Positions 38,502-51,244 of a stretch of 64,000 bases of DNA are shown in pieces. Position 1 is the stretch's first letter, and each line of letters begins with the position of its first letter. The stretch comes from Gemmatimonadota bacterium (lineage in GTDB: Bacteria > Gemmatimonadota > Gemmatimonadetes > Palauibacterales > KS3-K002). The notes under the pieces were generated by a model, which was not told the DNA's origin, did no database searches, and saw only the letters and a list, made by a program, of their open reading frames with translations. The position numbers and the translations under genes were made by a program. The stretch spans positions 16,709-80,708 of the forward strand of contig JBDHJS010000012.1 in NCBI GenBank assembly GCA_039586795.1. The letters run 5' to 3'.

Positions 38502-39941
38502 ATGAGTGAAATCATGCGCAGGGGAAGTCTCCAAATTGTCTTGAGTCTTGTCATACTTGCTCTGATTGCGCCGTCCCATGCCAATGCCCAGAGTCGCGAC
38601 AGGGCGTTGGAAGCGCTTGCGGGGCTCAGCGCGTCCTTCGAGGCGCTCTCCGAGAAAGTGAATCCCGCCGTCGTGCAAATCCTTGCCAGGGGCTATGCGC
38701 CGTTGCAGGCGACGGATGCGCCAGGCGGGGGCTTGATAACCCGACGCAGCGTTGGCGGTTCGGGCGTCATACTGGACCCCGACGGATACATCGTCACCAA
38801 CCTCCACGTGATCGAAGGCGCCACCAACATCCAGGTCCGACTGGCCACGCCGGCCGAAGACGCACCGCCCGGCGAATCCGTCCTCAAACCGGCAGGGAAA
38901 CTGGTGGGTGCCTCAGTTGTGGGCATCGACCGCGAGACCGACCTGGCGGTGCTCAAGGTGAACGAACGGAATCTGGCCTTCTTGCCGCTGGGAGACTCGG
39001 AGGAGATTCGGAAAGGTCAGTTGGTGTTCGCATTTGGCAGTCCGCTCGGGCTGGAGAACTCGGTCTCGATGGGTGTTGTCAGTGCGGTGGCCCGGCAGCT
39101 GCGGTCCGAAGACCCGATGATCTATATCCAGACCGATGCGCCGATAAACCCGGGGAACAGCGGAGGTCCGCTGGTCGATCCGCAAGGCAGTGTAGTCGGT
39201 ATCAACACGATGATCATCTCGCAGTCGGGTGGCAGCGAGGGACTCGGGTTCGCCGCGCCGGCCAATATCGTTCGGAACGTCTTCAACCAGATCAGGAACA
39301 CGGGGTACGTCAGGCGCGGCGAGATTGGGGTACACAGCCAGACGCTGACCCCGACTCTCGCGGCCGGGCTCGGGCTCAGCCGCGATTGGGGTGTGGTTCT
39401 GGGAGATGTCTATCCGAACAGCCCGGCGGAGCAGGCCGGCCTGCTCGTTGGTGACATCATCTTGACGATGGACGGCAAGGTGATGGAGAACGGCCGTCAG
39501 ATGCGAGTCAATCTGTACGGTCGGCCCGTTGGTGAGCGAGTCGTGCTCGAGGTGTTGCGTGGCCAGGAGAGACTGACCATCAACGTCACGGTCTACGAGC
39601 GTGAGAACGATGCGAATCGGTTCACGACGCTCGTGACTCCGGAAGAGAACCTCGTGGAGCGACTCGGCATCCTGGGGGTAGATCTGAATCCGCAAATCGC
39701 GACGATGCTTCCGGGGCTGCGGACGCCCAACGGTGTCGTGGTGGCTGCCCGGGCTCCCGATTCGACCTCAGGTCAGGTTGGACTGCAGCCGGGCGATGTC
39801 ATCCACGCTGTTAACGGCCAACCTGTGACGACGCTGGCCGAACTCCGTCGGATCTTGAACAGCTTCGCCGTAGGTGAAGCAACCGTGCTTCAGGTCGGGC
39901 GGCAGGGAAGATTGATGTTCGTCGCGTTCGCGATGGAGTAG
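38502..39941 (+). CDS. degP: DegP/HtrA serine protease with two PDZ domains
   Basis: TNLHV, TDLAVLK, QTDAPINPGNSGG; two PDZ-like segments. Confidence 0.92.
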   Translation: MSEIMRRGSLQIVLSLVILALIAPSHANAQSRDRALEALAGLSASFEALSEKVNPAVVQILARGYAPLQATDAPGGGLITRRSVGGSGVILDPDGYIVTNLHVIEGATNIQVRLATPAEDAPPGESVLKPAGKLVGASVVGIDRETDLAVLKVNERNLAFLPLGDSEEIRKGQLVFAFGSPLGLENSVSMGVVSAVARQLRSEDPMIYIQTDAPINPGNSGGPLVDPQGSVVGINTMIISQSGGSEGLGFAAPANIVRNVFNQIRNTGYVRRGEIGVHSQTLTPTLAAGLGLSRDWGVVLGDVYPNSPAEQAGLLVGDIILTMDGKVMENGRQMRVNLYGRPVGERVVLEVLRGQERLTINVTVYERENDANRFTTLVTPEENLVERLGILGVDLNPQIATMLPGLRTPNGVVVAARAPDSTSGQVGLQPGDVIHAVNGQPVTTLAELRRILNSFAVGEATVLQVGRQGRLMFVAFAME

Positions 39942-39954
39942 TCTGGCCTATCGA

Positions 39955-42102
39955 TCACCGGGTGTTGACGCGGTCTTGGAAGGCCACAGCCATCGTCGGC
40001 GCGAGCTTCCCGGAATCGCTGGCGCTAGAGTCGCGCCTGGCGTCGATATCCTCAAACTTCGCCGGATGAGAGTCCCACCACATCCGAGCCTCTGTAACGC
40101 CCCAGTTGCCAGCGTCGGAGCAGGCGGCCAAAGCATCGGCCAGCGCCTGCGCCGTCGCCGGGCGCTTCCCTCTATCCTTCTCGAGGCACGTCAGGACCAG
40201 TTGCTCCAGGTCTCCCGATACCGCGCGGTCTATGCGACTCGAGGGGGTGTCCGGCACGCTGGTGAGGTGGTGGCTAAAGACTTCGAGCGGAGTGTCTCCG
40301 TCAAAAACGTGGCTTCCGGTGAGTAGATAGTAGCCGACGGCGCCAAGACAGTAGAGATCGCTTCGCGCATCCGCGTCATCCGGTGTCTTTATCGATTCGG
40401 GTGCAACGTAGAGCGGAGTACCCGTCACCGAGCCGACAGCCGTTATCGACAGGTCGGAGCCCTCGCCGACTTCCTTGACGAGGCCGAAATCCAGAACCTT
40501 GACTACATCGAAGACGCCGCCGCGTTCGCACAACATGATGTTCGACGGCTTGACGTCTCGATGAATGATACCGGCATCGTGAGCCTCGGCGAGCGATGCA
40601 CACGCTTGCCCGAGTATGTGGATGACACGCGCCTCGGGCTGCGGGCCGTGCTGCAGGACCAGGCGGTCGAGCGTGTAGCCGGGGAGATATTCCATCGCGT
40701 AGTAGAAGATCCCGTCCGGCGTTCTCCCGAAATCGTAGATCTCGATCGTGTTGGGGTGGGTTAGCTCGCTGGTCGCCTGGACCTCGCGCTCGAATCGAGC
40801 GACCGCCTCCTCGCTCGAGGCCTCTTCGGGCAACAGTTTGACCGCGGTCGGTCGACGAAGCATGGCGTGACTGGCGCGGTAGACCGATCCCATCCCGCCC
40901 TGACCGATCTTCTTCTGTAGCGTGTATTGGCCGAGTCGCTCGGCGCGGTCGGCCGTCTTCCGCAGATTCCGAATGATGAAGTACGAGGTGAGGATTCCGA
41001 AAGCGCTGATCGCGAGAGCGGAGATCAGGATGAGGAACGCGCGCTTCAGTGCGTTCAGCGTCGCGTACGCTTCTTCGGCGTCGACTTCTGTGGCCACGCC
41101 GAATCCATATTCGGGTAGCCAGGTCCACGCTCCAACGACTGGTACGCCGCGGTAGTCGTTGTATCCGTCGACGTCGACGCCGGATTCCCCTTGCACGGCG
41201 GACGCTGCCATTCTCGTTAACGGTTGCGCACCCCGGAATGTCGTCGGGTGATGGCCCCGCACCATGTTTCCGCCAGGGTCGCGAATATGCACGCGAAGTA
41301 TCGACTTGGAGTTGGGATCGTCAGCGATCAACCCGATGGCCCGGAGTTCATCGTCGAAGCGGCTTTCTGATATCAGGAGTCCGTCGGAGTTGAACGCGTA
41401 AGTTTCTCCGCTCTCTCCGTAGCGTGCCGTGCGCAGGATCTCCGTGAACTGCTCTTCTGGGTCGATTCTGAACGCCAGCCCGGCGATGATGTTGCCCTCT
41501 TCATCGCGCACCGGCGCTCCAACCACCATCGTCGATGCGCCCGGCTGCACCACTCCGTCCCGGTCTCTTAGCGGCACTTCAGAGATGTACGGTTGAGAAA
41601 TCCCGGCCACGCCAGAGTTGAACCACGTGTTGAATAGTGACAGCAGGTTGGTAACATGTAGCCCGACGGCATCATCGTAGCGAGCGGCGACGACCGTTCC
41701 TGTCAGATCGATCACTCCATAACCGATGTAACGATTGGCCTGTACCAGCGGATCGATGTGCTCCCGTAACGCTTCCAGTGCAGGCGCCGAGACCAGCGCG
41801 TCGGTAGAGACGGGGCGGCGCTGGGCTTCGGCGACCAGCGCGGATACGTACTCGCGAACGTGTCCCTCCTCGACAGCTACGCTGGCCACGTTGATCTGTG
41901 ATTCGAGGAAGACCCTGAGCGCCGTGACGTCTGCGTCCAGTATGGTCTGCAGGTCCTCAGCAATAGCCGTCTTCAGCGAGTCATTGAGAGTCTTGTAGGC
42001 CCACCAGCCGATGGCGCCCTGCAAGGGGATCGCCAGGGCGAGTATGGTCGCGATGACGACCGGTCGCGACCAGGCGGTCCTGCTCTTGTGTCTTCGACTC
42101 AT
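39955..42102 (-). CDS. Ser/Thr kinase with periplasmic Cache-like sensor domain
   Basis: TM-periplasmic domain (GESGETY...ESRF...DYRGVPVVGAW)-TM-kinase (HRDVKPSN, DFG, GTPLYVAPE). Confidence 0.9.
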   Translation of the reverse strand: MSRRHKSRTAWSRPVVIATILALAIPLQGAIGWWAYKTLNDSLKTAIAEDLQTILDADVTALRVFLESQINVASVAVEEGHVREYVSALVAEAQRRPVSTDALVSAPALEALREHIDPLVQANRYIGYGVIDLTGTVVAARYDDAVGLHVTNLLSLFNTWFNSGVAGISQPYISEVPLRDRDGVVQPGASTMVVGAPVRDEEGNIIAGLAFRIDPEEQFTEILRTARYGESGETYAFNSDGLLISESRFDDELRAIGLIADDPNSKSILRVHIRDPGGNMVRGHHPTTFRGAQPLTRMAASAVQGESGVDVDGYNDYRGVPVVGAWTWLPEYGFGVATEVDAEEAYATLNALKRAFLILISALAISAFGILTSYFIIRNLRKTADRAERLGQYTLQKKIGQGGMGSVYRASHAMLRRPTAVKLLPEEASSEEAVARFEREVQATSELTHPNTIEIYDFGRTPDGIFYYAMEYLPGYTLDRLVLQHGPQPEARVIHILGQACASLAEAHDAGIIHRDVKPSNIMLCERGGVFDVVKVLDFGLVKEVGEGSDLSITAVGSVTGTPLYVAPESIKTPDDADARSDLYCLGAVGYYLLTGSHVFDGDTPLEVFSHHLTSVPDTPSSRIDRAVSGDLEQLVLTCLEKDRGKRPATAQALADALAACSDAGNWGVTEARMWWDSHPAKFEDIDARRDSSASDSGKLAPTMAVAFQDRVNTR

Positions 42103-42330
42103 GTAGCGCCTCGAGATGGAGAGTGCCGGAAAAGAGAAGCTATCACGAGGCGTGAGTGATCATCAAGCGTGGGACGGAATGCGGCGCCGTAAACAGATGT
42201 TTGAACGGCGCTCGCTTCGCCCGACCACTCGCCCCATTATTGCTCATTCTCGTACAGACATTCTCGACGACGCCGCACCCCGCACCCCGCTCTCGCGGCG
42301 CGCCGAAGCCAACTCGTCCCGGGAGGAACC

Positions 42331-42879
42331 ATGTCACTCGTATCCCTCTGGCTGCCGACTCTCGTCTCGGCGGTGATCGTTTTCTTCGCCGCTTTCGTGG
42401 CCTGGACCATTCTGCCTCACCATCGCTCCGATTGGGTCTCTATCCCGAATGAGGAGTCGCTGCTGAGCGCCATCCGCAGCCTGGGGTTGGGCCGCGGCCA
42501 GTACGTCTTCCCCCACGCGATGACGCCCGAAGGCCAGAAGGCGGAAGGCGCGAAAGAGAAGATCGAGGAAGGCCCGGTGGGCTCGTTGATCATTCGGCCG
42601 GCGCCCAACATGGGACGAAGTCTCATGCAGTACTTCGTATTCTGCCTCGGCGTGTCTCTCATGGTCGGCTACGTCGGGTATGTGGCGATCGAACCCGGCG
42701 CCGAATACCTGCACGTCTTCAGGTTGCTGGGTACGGTCGCGTTCCTGGCGTACAGCGCGGCCGCGATACCGGCGGGGATCTGGTTCGGCCACACGTGGAG
42801 CAGCGTCTGGAAGAGCGTGATCGACGGCCTCGTGTTTGGGCTGCTTACCGGCGGCGTATTCGGTTGGCTCTGGCCGTAG
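42331..42879 (+). CDS. Hypothetical membrane protein (4 TM)
   Basis: SD GGAGG; LPHHRSDW...YVFP; hydrophobic helices. Confidence 0.8.
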   Translation: MSLVSLWLPTLVSAVIVFFAAFVAWTILPHHRSDWVSIPNEESLLSAIRSLGLGRGQYVFPHAMTPEGQKAEGAKEKIEEGPVGSLIIRPAPNMGRSLMQYFVFCLGVSLMVGYVGYVAIEPGAEYLHVFRLLGTVAFLAYSAAAIPAGIWFGHTWSSVWKSVIDGLVFGLLTGGVFGWLWP

Positions 42880-42974
42880 CGCTGGGCGCAACACCGCTGG
42901 CGGAGCGCCTGGTGGGCGCGTACGATTAGCCCGCTCCAGTCAGCACAATGCCATTACTCTACGGAGGGACTGTT

Positions 42975-46115
<3,141 letters not shown>

Positions 46116-46124
46116 GACGACGCC

Positions 46125-46202
46125 GTAGGGGGTAGGGTGTGGGGGGTAGAGCGTGGACGATTAGTCGCCCTACCCCCCACCCTCAACCCTCTACGCCCTA
46201 CC
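46125..46202. repeat. G-rich heptamer array followed by its C-rich complement
   Basis: gtagggg gtagggt gtggggg gtagagc ... ccctac cccccac cctcaac cctctac gccctac. Confidence 0.7.
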
Positions 46203-46361
46203 TCTCTCCCGCCCTTGCCCCATCCCCCGCCTCGACCTAAAGTCCGCCGTGCGCCGGCACTCCCAACGCCCGCCAGAACTGATAGATTTGCATGCAGCCA
46301 GGGCCCGTCGGTACGAGTGAAGGCGCCGGTCAGGCGTTCCTAGCAAAGTCGATCTGAGCAA

Positions 46362-47633
46362 TTGGAAAACGACCCCAACCAGACCCCACCCCCGGAGCTA
46401 CGCAAAGACGCGGGCGATGAGCTCGAGGAGTTGCTCCGCAAAGAGCTAGCGCCCGAGCTACACGTCGTCAGACGTCTGGGCCTGGGCTCTATGGGAAGCG
46501 TGTATCTGGCGCGCGAGGAGGCGCTCAAGCGACTGGTCGCGGTGAAGGTTCTATCGCCGCGTCTCGCCCGGGACGAGCAGGCACGGGCTCGCTTCGAGCG
46601 AGAAGGACAGTCGTCCGCAGCCCTATCCCACCCGAACATTGTGGCCGTCTACCGCGTTGGCCGACTCTCGAACGACCTCCCGTACATGGTCATGCAGTAC
46701 GTGAAGGGGACGACTTTGGGCAACCGCTTGCAGGCGCAGGGCCCGCTCGGCGTCGAGGATGCCCGGCGCGTCATCTCGGAGGTCGCGTCGGCGCTGGCAG
46801 CGGCACACAAGCGTGGGATCGTGCACCGTGATATTCGGCCGGACAACGTCTTGTACGAAGAGGACTCGGACCGGGCGTTGCTGACGGACTTCGGTATCGC
46901 GGCGATCCTCGCGCGTGGGGATAGCGGTTCACCTACCAGAATCACCAGGACCGGCGAACTGGTGGGTAACCCGAACTACATGAGCCCCGAGCAGTTGATG
47001 GGCAGCGAAATCACCGAGCGGAGCGATATCTACGCGCTCGGTCTACTCGGGTTCGAGCTGTTGACCGGCCGCAGTCCATACGATGCGAGCTCGAAGCGGG
47101 AAATGTTCACGGCCCACGTCCACCAGGAGCCGCGCAAAGTGTCCGAGCTTCGCGATGGAGTGGACATCGAGATAGAGAAGATACTGGACGCCTGCCTCAA
47201 CAAGGAACCGGAGAACCGGCCCAGTGCTTCCGACGTGTATAAACGCCTGGCCGGCCTGAGCTCCAGCGATATGACGCCGGTTCCGGCGCTCGCCTCGAAG
47301 GCTCCTGCGCAAAGCGTTTCGGAGTCAGGCCTGTTCGGTAAGCTGAAGGAACGATACCTGCCGCAGATTATGCTGGTCTACGCTGCGATCGCCTGGGGCG
47401 CGCTGGAAGTTTCGTCACAGCTTGTCGATATGGAAGTGCTTCCCGACGTCATGTACAAGCTCGTCCTAGTCGCCGTGCTCACCGGCCTACCTGCGGTGTT
47501 CGCGGGAGCGTGGTTCCACGGCAAGAAGGGCCGTCAGCGATTCCAGCCCATCGAGTACTGGCTGTTCGGAGGTCTGGTCGTAATCTGGCTGGTGGTGAGC
47601 TCCCTGATCATCGTCGGCTGGGTTTCGAACTGA
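46362..47633 (+). CDS. Ser/Thr kinase with C-terminal 3-TM module
   Basis: GLGSMGSVY, VAVK, HRDIRPDN, DFG, YMSPE; C-terminal hydrophobic helices. Confidence 0.9.
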   Translation: MENDPNQTPPPELRKDAGDELEELLRKELAPELHVVRRLGLGSMGSVYLAREEALKRLVAVKVLSPRLARDEQARARFEREGQSSAALSHPNIVAVYRVGRLSNDLPYMVMQYVKGTTLGNRLQAQGPLGVEDARRVISEVASALAAAHKRGIVHRDIRPDNVLYEEDSDRALLTDFGIAAILARGDSGSPTRITRTGELVGNPNYMSPEQLMGSEITERSDIYALGLLGFELLTGRSPYDASSKREMFTAHVHQEPRKVSELRDGVDIEIEKILDACLNKEPENRPSASDVYKRLAGLSSSDMTPVPALASKAPAQSVSESGLFGKLKERYLPQIMLVYAAIAWGALEVSSQLVDMEVLPDVMYKLVLVAVLTGLPAVFAGAWFHGKKGRQRFQPIEYWLFGGLVVIWLVVSSLIIVGWVSN

Positions 47634-47646
47634 CTGCGTCCCTCTT

Positions 47647-48309
47647 CTACGAGAGTTCCTTCGTCACATTGCCAATCGCCCAGCGCAGTCCCCTGGGCAG
47701 CCCAAGATTCTTCAGAGCTCTGAGCTGAACGGATCGGAGTCTCTGGTCCGACCACCATTCGTCCCTGCGTTCGAGGTTCTGCTCAAAGACCTGTATCAGG
47801 GGACCCCCATCCGGGTGCTTTCGGGCGAACTCGATCTGTGATTTGATGCAGAGTCGCTCGACGCGCGGCCGCACATCTTCGTCGAAGGCGATACCGGTGC
47901 GGGCCAGGCGCGCGTGAGTAGCCTCGTGCACGATGATCGCCGCGAGATAGGCGACCGACACGGCATCGTGCCCGACGAAATCATCCCTCAGCATGCAGAG
48001 GCGGAGTTGATCGACCCACTGACCCCGGGCGTAGTGCGGGACGGGGCCGACCCAAATCCGCGGCACGTGTCGGAGTATGTGGAAGTAGCGGGGCCGGTCG
48101 TATTCCGCGATAGCCTGAAGCGCCTGGTCTACCTTCTCGAATGAGCGCTCGACGTCATGCGCGCCGACCGGCGAGGAGCCAACGGTGATGCCGTGCATCC
48201 GTCGCTTCACGGAAAGCGCAAAGACCAACGCATAGAACCAGTGACCGAGGCTCCAATCGTACGGGTCAAAGTCGTGGTCCGGCGCGGGCCGTTCGGCCAG
48301 GCAGATCAT
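47647..48309 (-). CDS. Hypothetical protein with HExxH motif (start uncertain)
   Basis: IIVHEATHAR followed by E (VERLC). Confidence 0.6.
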   Translation of the reverse strand: MICLAERPAPDHDFDPYDWSLGHWFYALVFALSVKRRMHGITVGSSPVGAHDVERSFEKVDQALQAIAEYDRPRYFHILRHVPRIWVGPVPHYARGQWVDQLRLCMLRDDFVGHDAVSVAYLAAIIVHEATHARLARTGIAFDEDVRPRVERLCIKSQIEFARKHPDGGPLIQVFEQNLERRDEWWSDQRLRSVQLRALKNLGLPRGLRWAIGNVTKELS

Positions 48310-48449
48310 CTCTTGAGTAAGGTCCGGAAGCGCGGGGGCAGGCGGCTGGTGCCGGCCTAATGCTCAACACCTAATACTCCACACCCAATCATCAGTTTCA
48401 CCCGATAAATGAGGGCCAAGAAACGCCGCTTGTGATTGAGGATCAGGTG

Positions 48450-49250
48450 TTAGGTCTTGATGATTAGCAGCTCGAAGAGCTGCTTATATATCCTCGGGTT
48501 CCCCGCCACAAATGCCCCATGCTTCACGACATCTTCGTCCCCATCCAGGTCGGTGATCACTCCTCCGGCTTCCCGGAGAATCAAGACTCCGGCGGCGACA
48601 TCCCACGGCGCCAGGTGAAGCTCCCAGAACCCGTCGAGTCGACCCACCGCGAGATCGCAGAGATCGATCGCCGCCGACCCCGTGCGCCGCACTCCGCTGG
48701 TCTTCGGCAGGATGGCCCGGAATTGAGACAGGTACTCGTCGAGCAGCTCTTCCTTCTTGAAGGGAAACCCGGTGCCGATGAGCGCCAGCTTCAGGTCGTC
48801 GACGCTCGACACCGAGATCGGGTGTCCGTCCATCTTGGCGCCGTCGCCGCGCATCGCTGCGAACGTCTCCCAGCGACCTGAGTTGATGACGACCGAAGCG
48901 GCCAGGCCCTGATCGTCGATGGCGGCGATGGCGACGGAGTGGTAGGGGTAACCGTGCAGGTAATTGGTCGTCCCATCGAGCGGGTCGATGTACCAGGTCA
49001 CCTCCGCTTCCGCCGGCGGCGGACCGCCCCAATCGCCTTCTTCGGCCGCGATGGCGTGATCCGGGAACGTCCCGCGGATCTCGGCGACCGCCGCCTCCTC
49101 GGCGGCGTGATCGACCTCGCTGACCCAATCGGCGCGCCCCTTTTCGGTCCAGGCCGAAGGGCGAAGCGTGTGGGCCCGTCTCCGGTGAATCTCGGCAGCG
49201 ACCGTTGCGGCGTTATGTGCGGCGTGTAGAAGGTCTTCGAGCGATTTCAT
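48450..49250 (-). CDS. suhB: Inositol monophosphatase family protein
   Basis: WYIDPLDGTTNY, RRTGSAAIDL, WDVAAG. Confidence 0.9.
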   Translation of the reverse strand: MKSLEDLLHAAHNAATVAAEIHRRRAHTLRPSAWTEKGRADWVSEVDHAAEEAAVAEIRGTFPDHAIAAEEGDWGGPPPAEAEVTWYIDPLDGTTNYLHGYPYHSVAIAAIDDQGLAASVVINSGRWETFAAMRGDGAKMDGHPISVSSVDDLKLALIGTGFPFKKEELLDEYLSQFRAILPKTSGVRRTGSAAIDLCDLAVGRLDGFWELHLAPWDVAAGVLILREAGGVITDLDGDEDVVKHGAFVAGNPRIYKQLFELLIIKT

Positions 49251-49360
49251 AGCTTGATTAGGTTATTGTCGTACGGTAACTTAAGCCGCCGTTCGTCCGG
49301 CCACTAGCGGAACGCGCGGCCGAAATTCCAAACCGTACCTACCCACACGACGCGCAGCGA

Positions 49361-50347
49361 ATGTCGAGCAAGAAGAAACGCGTATTCAGCGGAATACAGC
49401 CATCCGGTGAGCTTCACATCGGCAACTACCTCGGCGCGGTGAAGAATTGGGTCGAGTTACAGGATCAGTACGAATGCTTCTTCAGCATCGTCGACCTCCA
49501 CGCGATCACGCAGCCGTTCGAGCCGAAGGAGTTGCCACAGCGCGTGTTCGACATGGCGCTGACGCTGCTGGCAGCGGGCCTCGACCCTGACAAGTGCACG
49601 ATCTTCGTGCAGTCGCACGTGCCCGAGCACACCGAGCTGCAGTGGGTATTCAACACGGTGACGCCGCTGGGCGACCTGGAGCGGATGACGCAGTACAAGG
49701 ACAAGTCATCGCGTCAGGAGTCGGTGTTGGCCGGGCTGCTGAACTACCCGATCTTACAGGCGGCGGACATTCTGTTGTACCTGGCCGAGTACGTGCCGGT
49801 CGGCGAAGACCAGGTCCAGCATGTCGAGCTGACTCGCGAGATCGCCCGCAAGTGGAACGCGCGTTACGGTGAGTACTTCCCGGAGGCGGAGGCGCTGGTC
49901 GGAAAGGTGCGGCGCGTTCTGGGTCTGGATGGCCAGGCGAAGATGTCGAAATCGATCGGCAATACTGTCGGTCTGCTCGAGTCGGATGACGAGATCTGGT
50001 CGAAGATTCGGGTGGCGCTCACCGACCCGCAACGCAAGCGCCGTGATGACCCGGGCAATCCGGATGTCTGCAACGTCTTCAGCCTGCATCGCCAGTTTTC
50101 GAGTGACGCGGATCTGGCGTGGGCCGAGGAAGGGTGCCGGACGGCGGGTATCGGCTGCGTCGAATGCAAGCGACGGTTGGCCGACAATGTCATCGTCGAA
50201 CTGTCGCCGATCCGCGAGCGCGCCGCGGACCTGAAGCAGAGGCCGGAGTACGTGAGAGAGGTGTTGGCGAGTGGTGCGGCGCACTGTCGGGAAATCGCCG
50301 GTGAGACGATGCGAGTCGTGCGTGAGCGGATGGGCTTGGCGCAGTAG
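49361..50347 (+). CDS. trpS: Tryptophan--tRNA ligase
   Basis: FSGIQPSG, HIGN, VPVGEDQ, KMSKS. Confidence 0.98.
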   Translation: MSSKKKRVFSGIQPSGELHIGNYLGAVKNWVELQDQYECFFSIVDLHAITQPFEPKELPQRVFDMALTLLAAGLDPDKCTIFVQSHVPEHTELQWVFNTVTPLGDLERMTQYKDKSSRQESVLAGLLNYPILQAADILLYLAEYVPVGEDQVQHVELTREIARKWNARYGEYFPEAEALVGKVRRVLGLDGQAKMSKSIGNTVGLLESDDEIWSKIRVALTDPQRKRRDDPGNPDVCNVFSLHRQFSSDADLAWAEEGCRTAGIGCVECKRRLADNVIVELSPIRERAADLKQRPEYVREVLASGAAHCREIAGETMRVVRERMGLAQ

Positions 50348-50459
50348 ATTCGGGGATTCGGGGATTCGGGGATTCTGGGATTACGCGTGTCGGGGATTGG
50401 TCGTTGACGCGGTCGGCAGCGTCACTCCCTGAAGCCCCGACTCTCGTAATCACCAAATC
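50347..50459. repeat. Octamer repeat array GATTCGGG and degenerate complement
   Basis: gattcggg x3, gattctgg, gattacgc...; later cctgaagc cccgactc tcgtaatc accaaatc. Confidence 0.8.
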
Positions 50460-50494
50460 AAGAACGATGCCCGATCAGACAACCGAGGTGGCCG

Positions 50495-51175
50495 ATGGAT
50501 TGGCTCGACCTTCAAATCATCCAGTCGTTGCGGCTCGATTTACTCGGCCGCCTGGCGCTGGCGGTGTTGCTGGGCGGTGTGGTCGGGTTAGAGCGGGAAT
50601 TCCACGGCAAGCCGGCCGGCCTCAGAACCAACATATTGATCTGCGTTGGCGCGGCGCTGCTGATGGAGCTGTCGCGGGCCGTTGCGGCGACGGCGACGGT
50701 AGGACCGGCGGATCCGGGTCGCATCGCGGCGCAGGTCGTGTCCGGGATCGGGTTCATCGGTGCGGGCACGATCCTCGTCTTACGGGGAAGCGTCGTGGGA
50801 CTGACGACGGCGGCGACGCTCTGGGTGGTGGCGGCGATCGGACTCGCCGTCGGCGCGCGAGCCTATGTGCCAGCGATAGGCACGACGGTTCTCGTGGTGA
50901 TCACGCTGGTGTTTCTCGGATCGATCGAAGACTTCATCTTCTCGCGCCGCACCGCCGTAGATCTGGAGGTGACGACGGATCCGAGCGCCGAGGTGCTAGA
51001 GTCCGTCGTGACGCGTCTCGAAGAAGAGGGGCTAAAGGTTCGCCCGCTCAAGGTGGAGAAACAGCGGGAACGGTTCCGAGCTGCCTACGAAGTGGTCGGC
51101 GGTCGTGAGAAGCGTGACGCAGCGTTCCACAAGCTGGCGACCCTGGCGGGCGTGCGGAGAATCACGGCTCAGTGA
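50495..51175 (+). CDS. MgtC/SapB family protein
   Basis: GLERE...AGLRT, DPGRIAAQVVSGIGFIGAG, GLTTAA. Confidence 0.92.
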   Translation: MDWLDLQIIQSLRLDLLGRLALAVLLGGVVGLEREFHGKPAGLRTNILICVGAALLMELSRAVAATATVGPADPGRIAAQVVSGIGFIGAGTILVLRGSVVGLTTAATLWVVAAIGLAVGARAYVPAIGTTVLVVITLVFLGSIEDFIFSRRTAVDLEVTTDPSAEVLESVVTRLEEEGLKVRPLKVEKQRERFRAAYEVVGGREKRDAAFHKLATLAGVRRITAQ

Positions 51176-51244
51176 TCGCGACGCTCCCCATTTGGCGGTC
51201 GCTGACATTATAATAGGAGCAGCGATTCTGACGGGTATTCGCTC

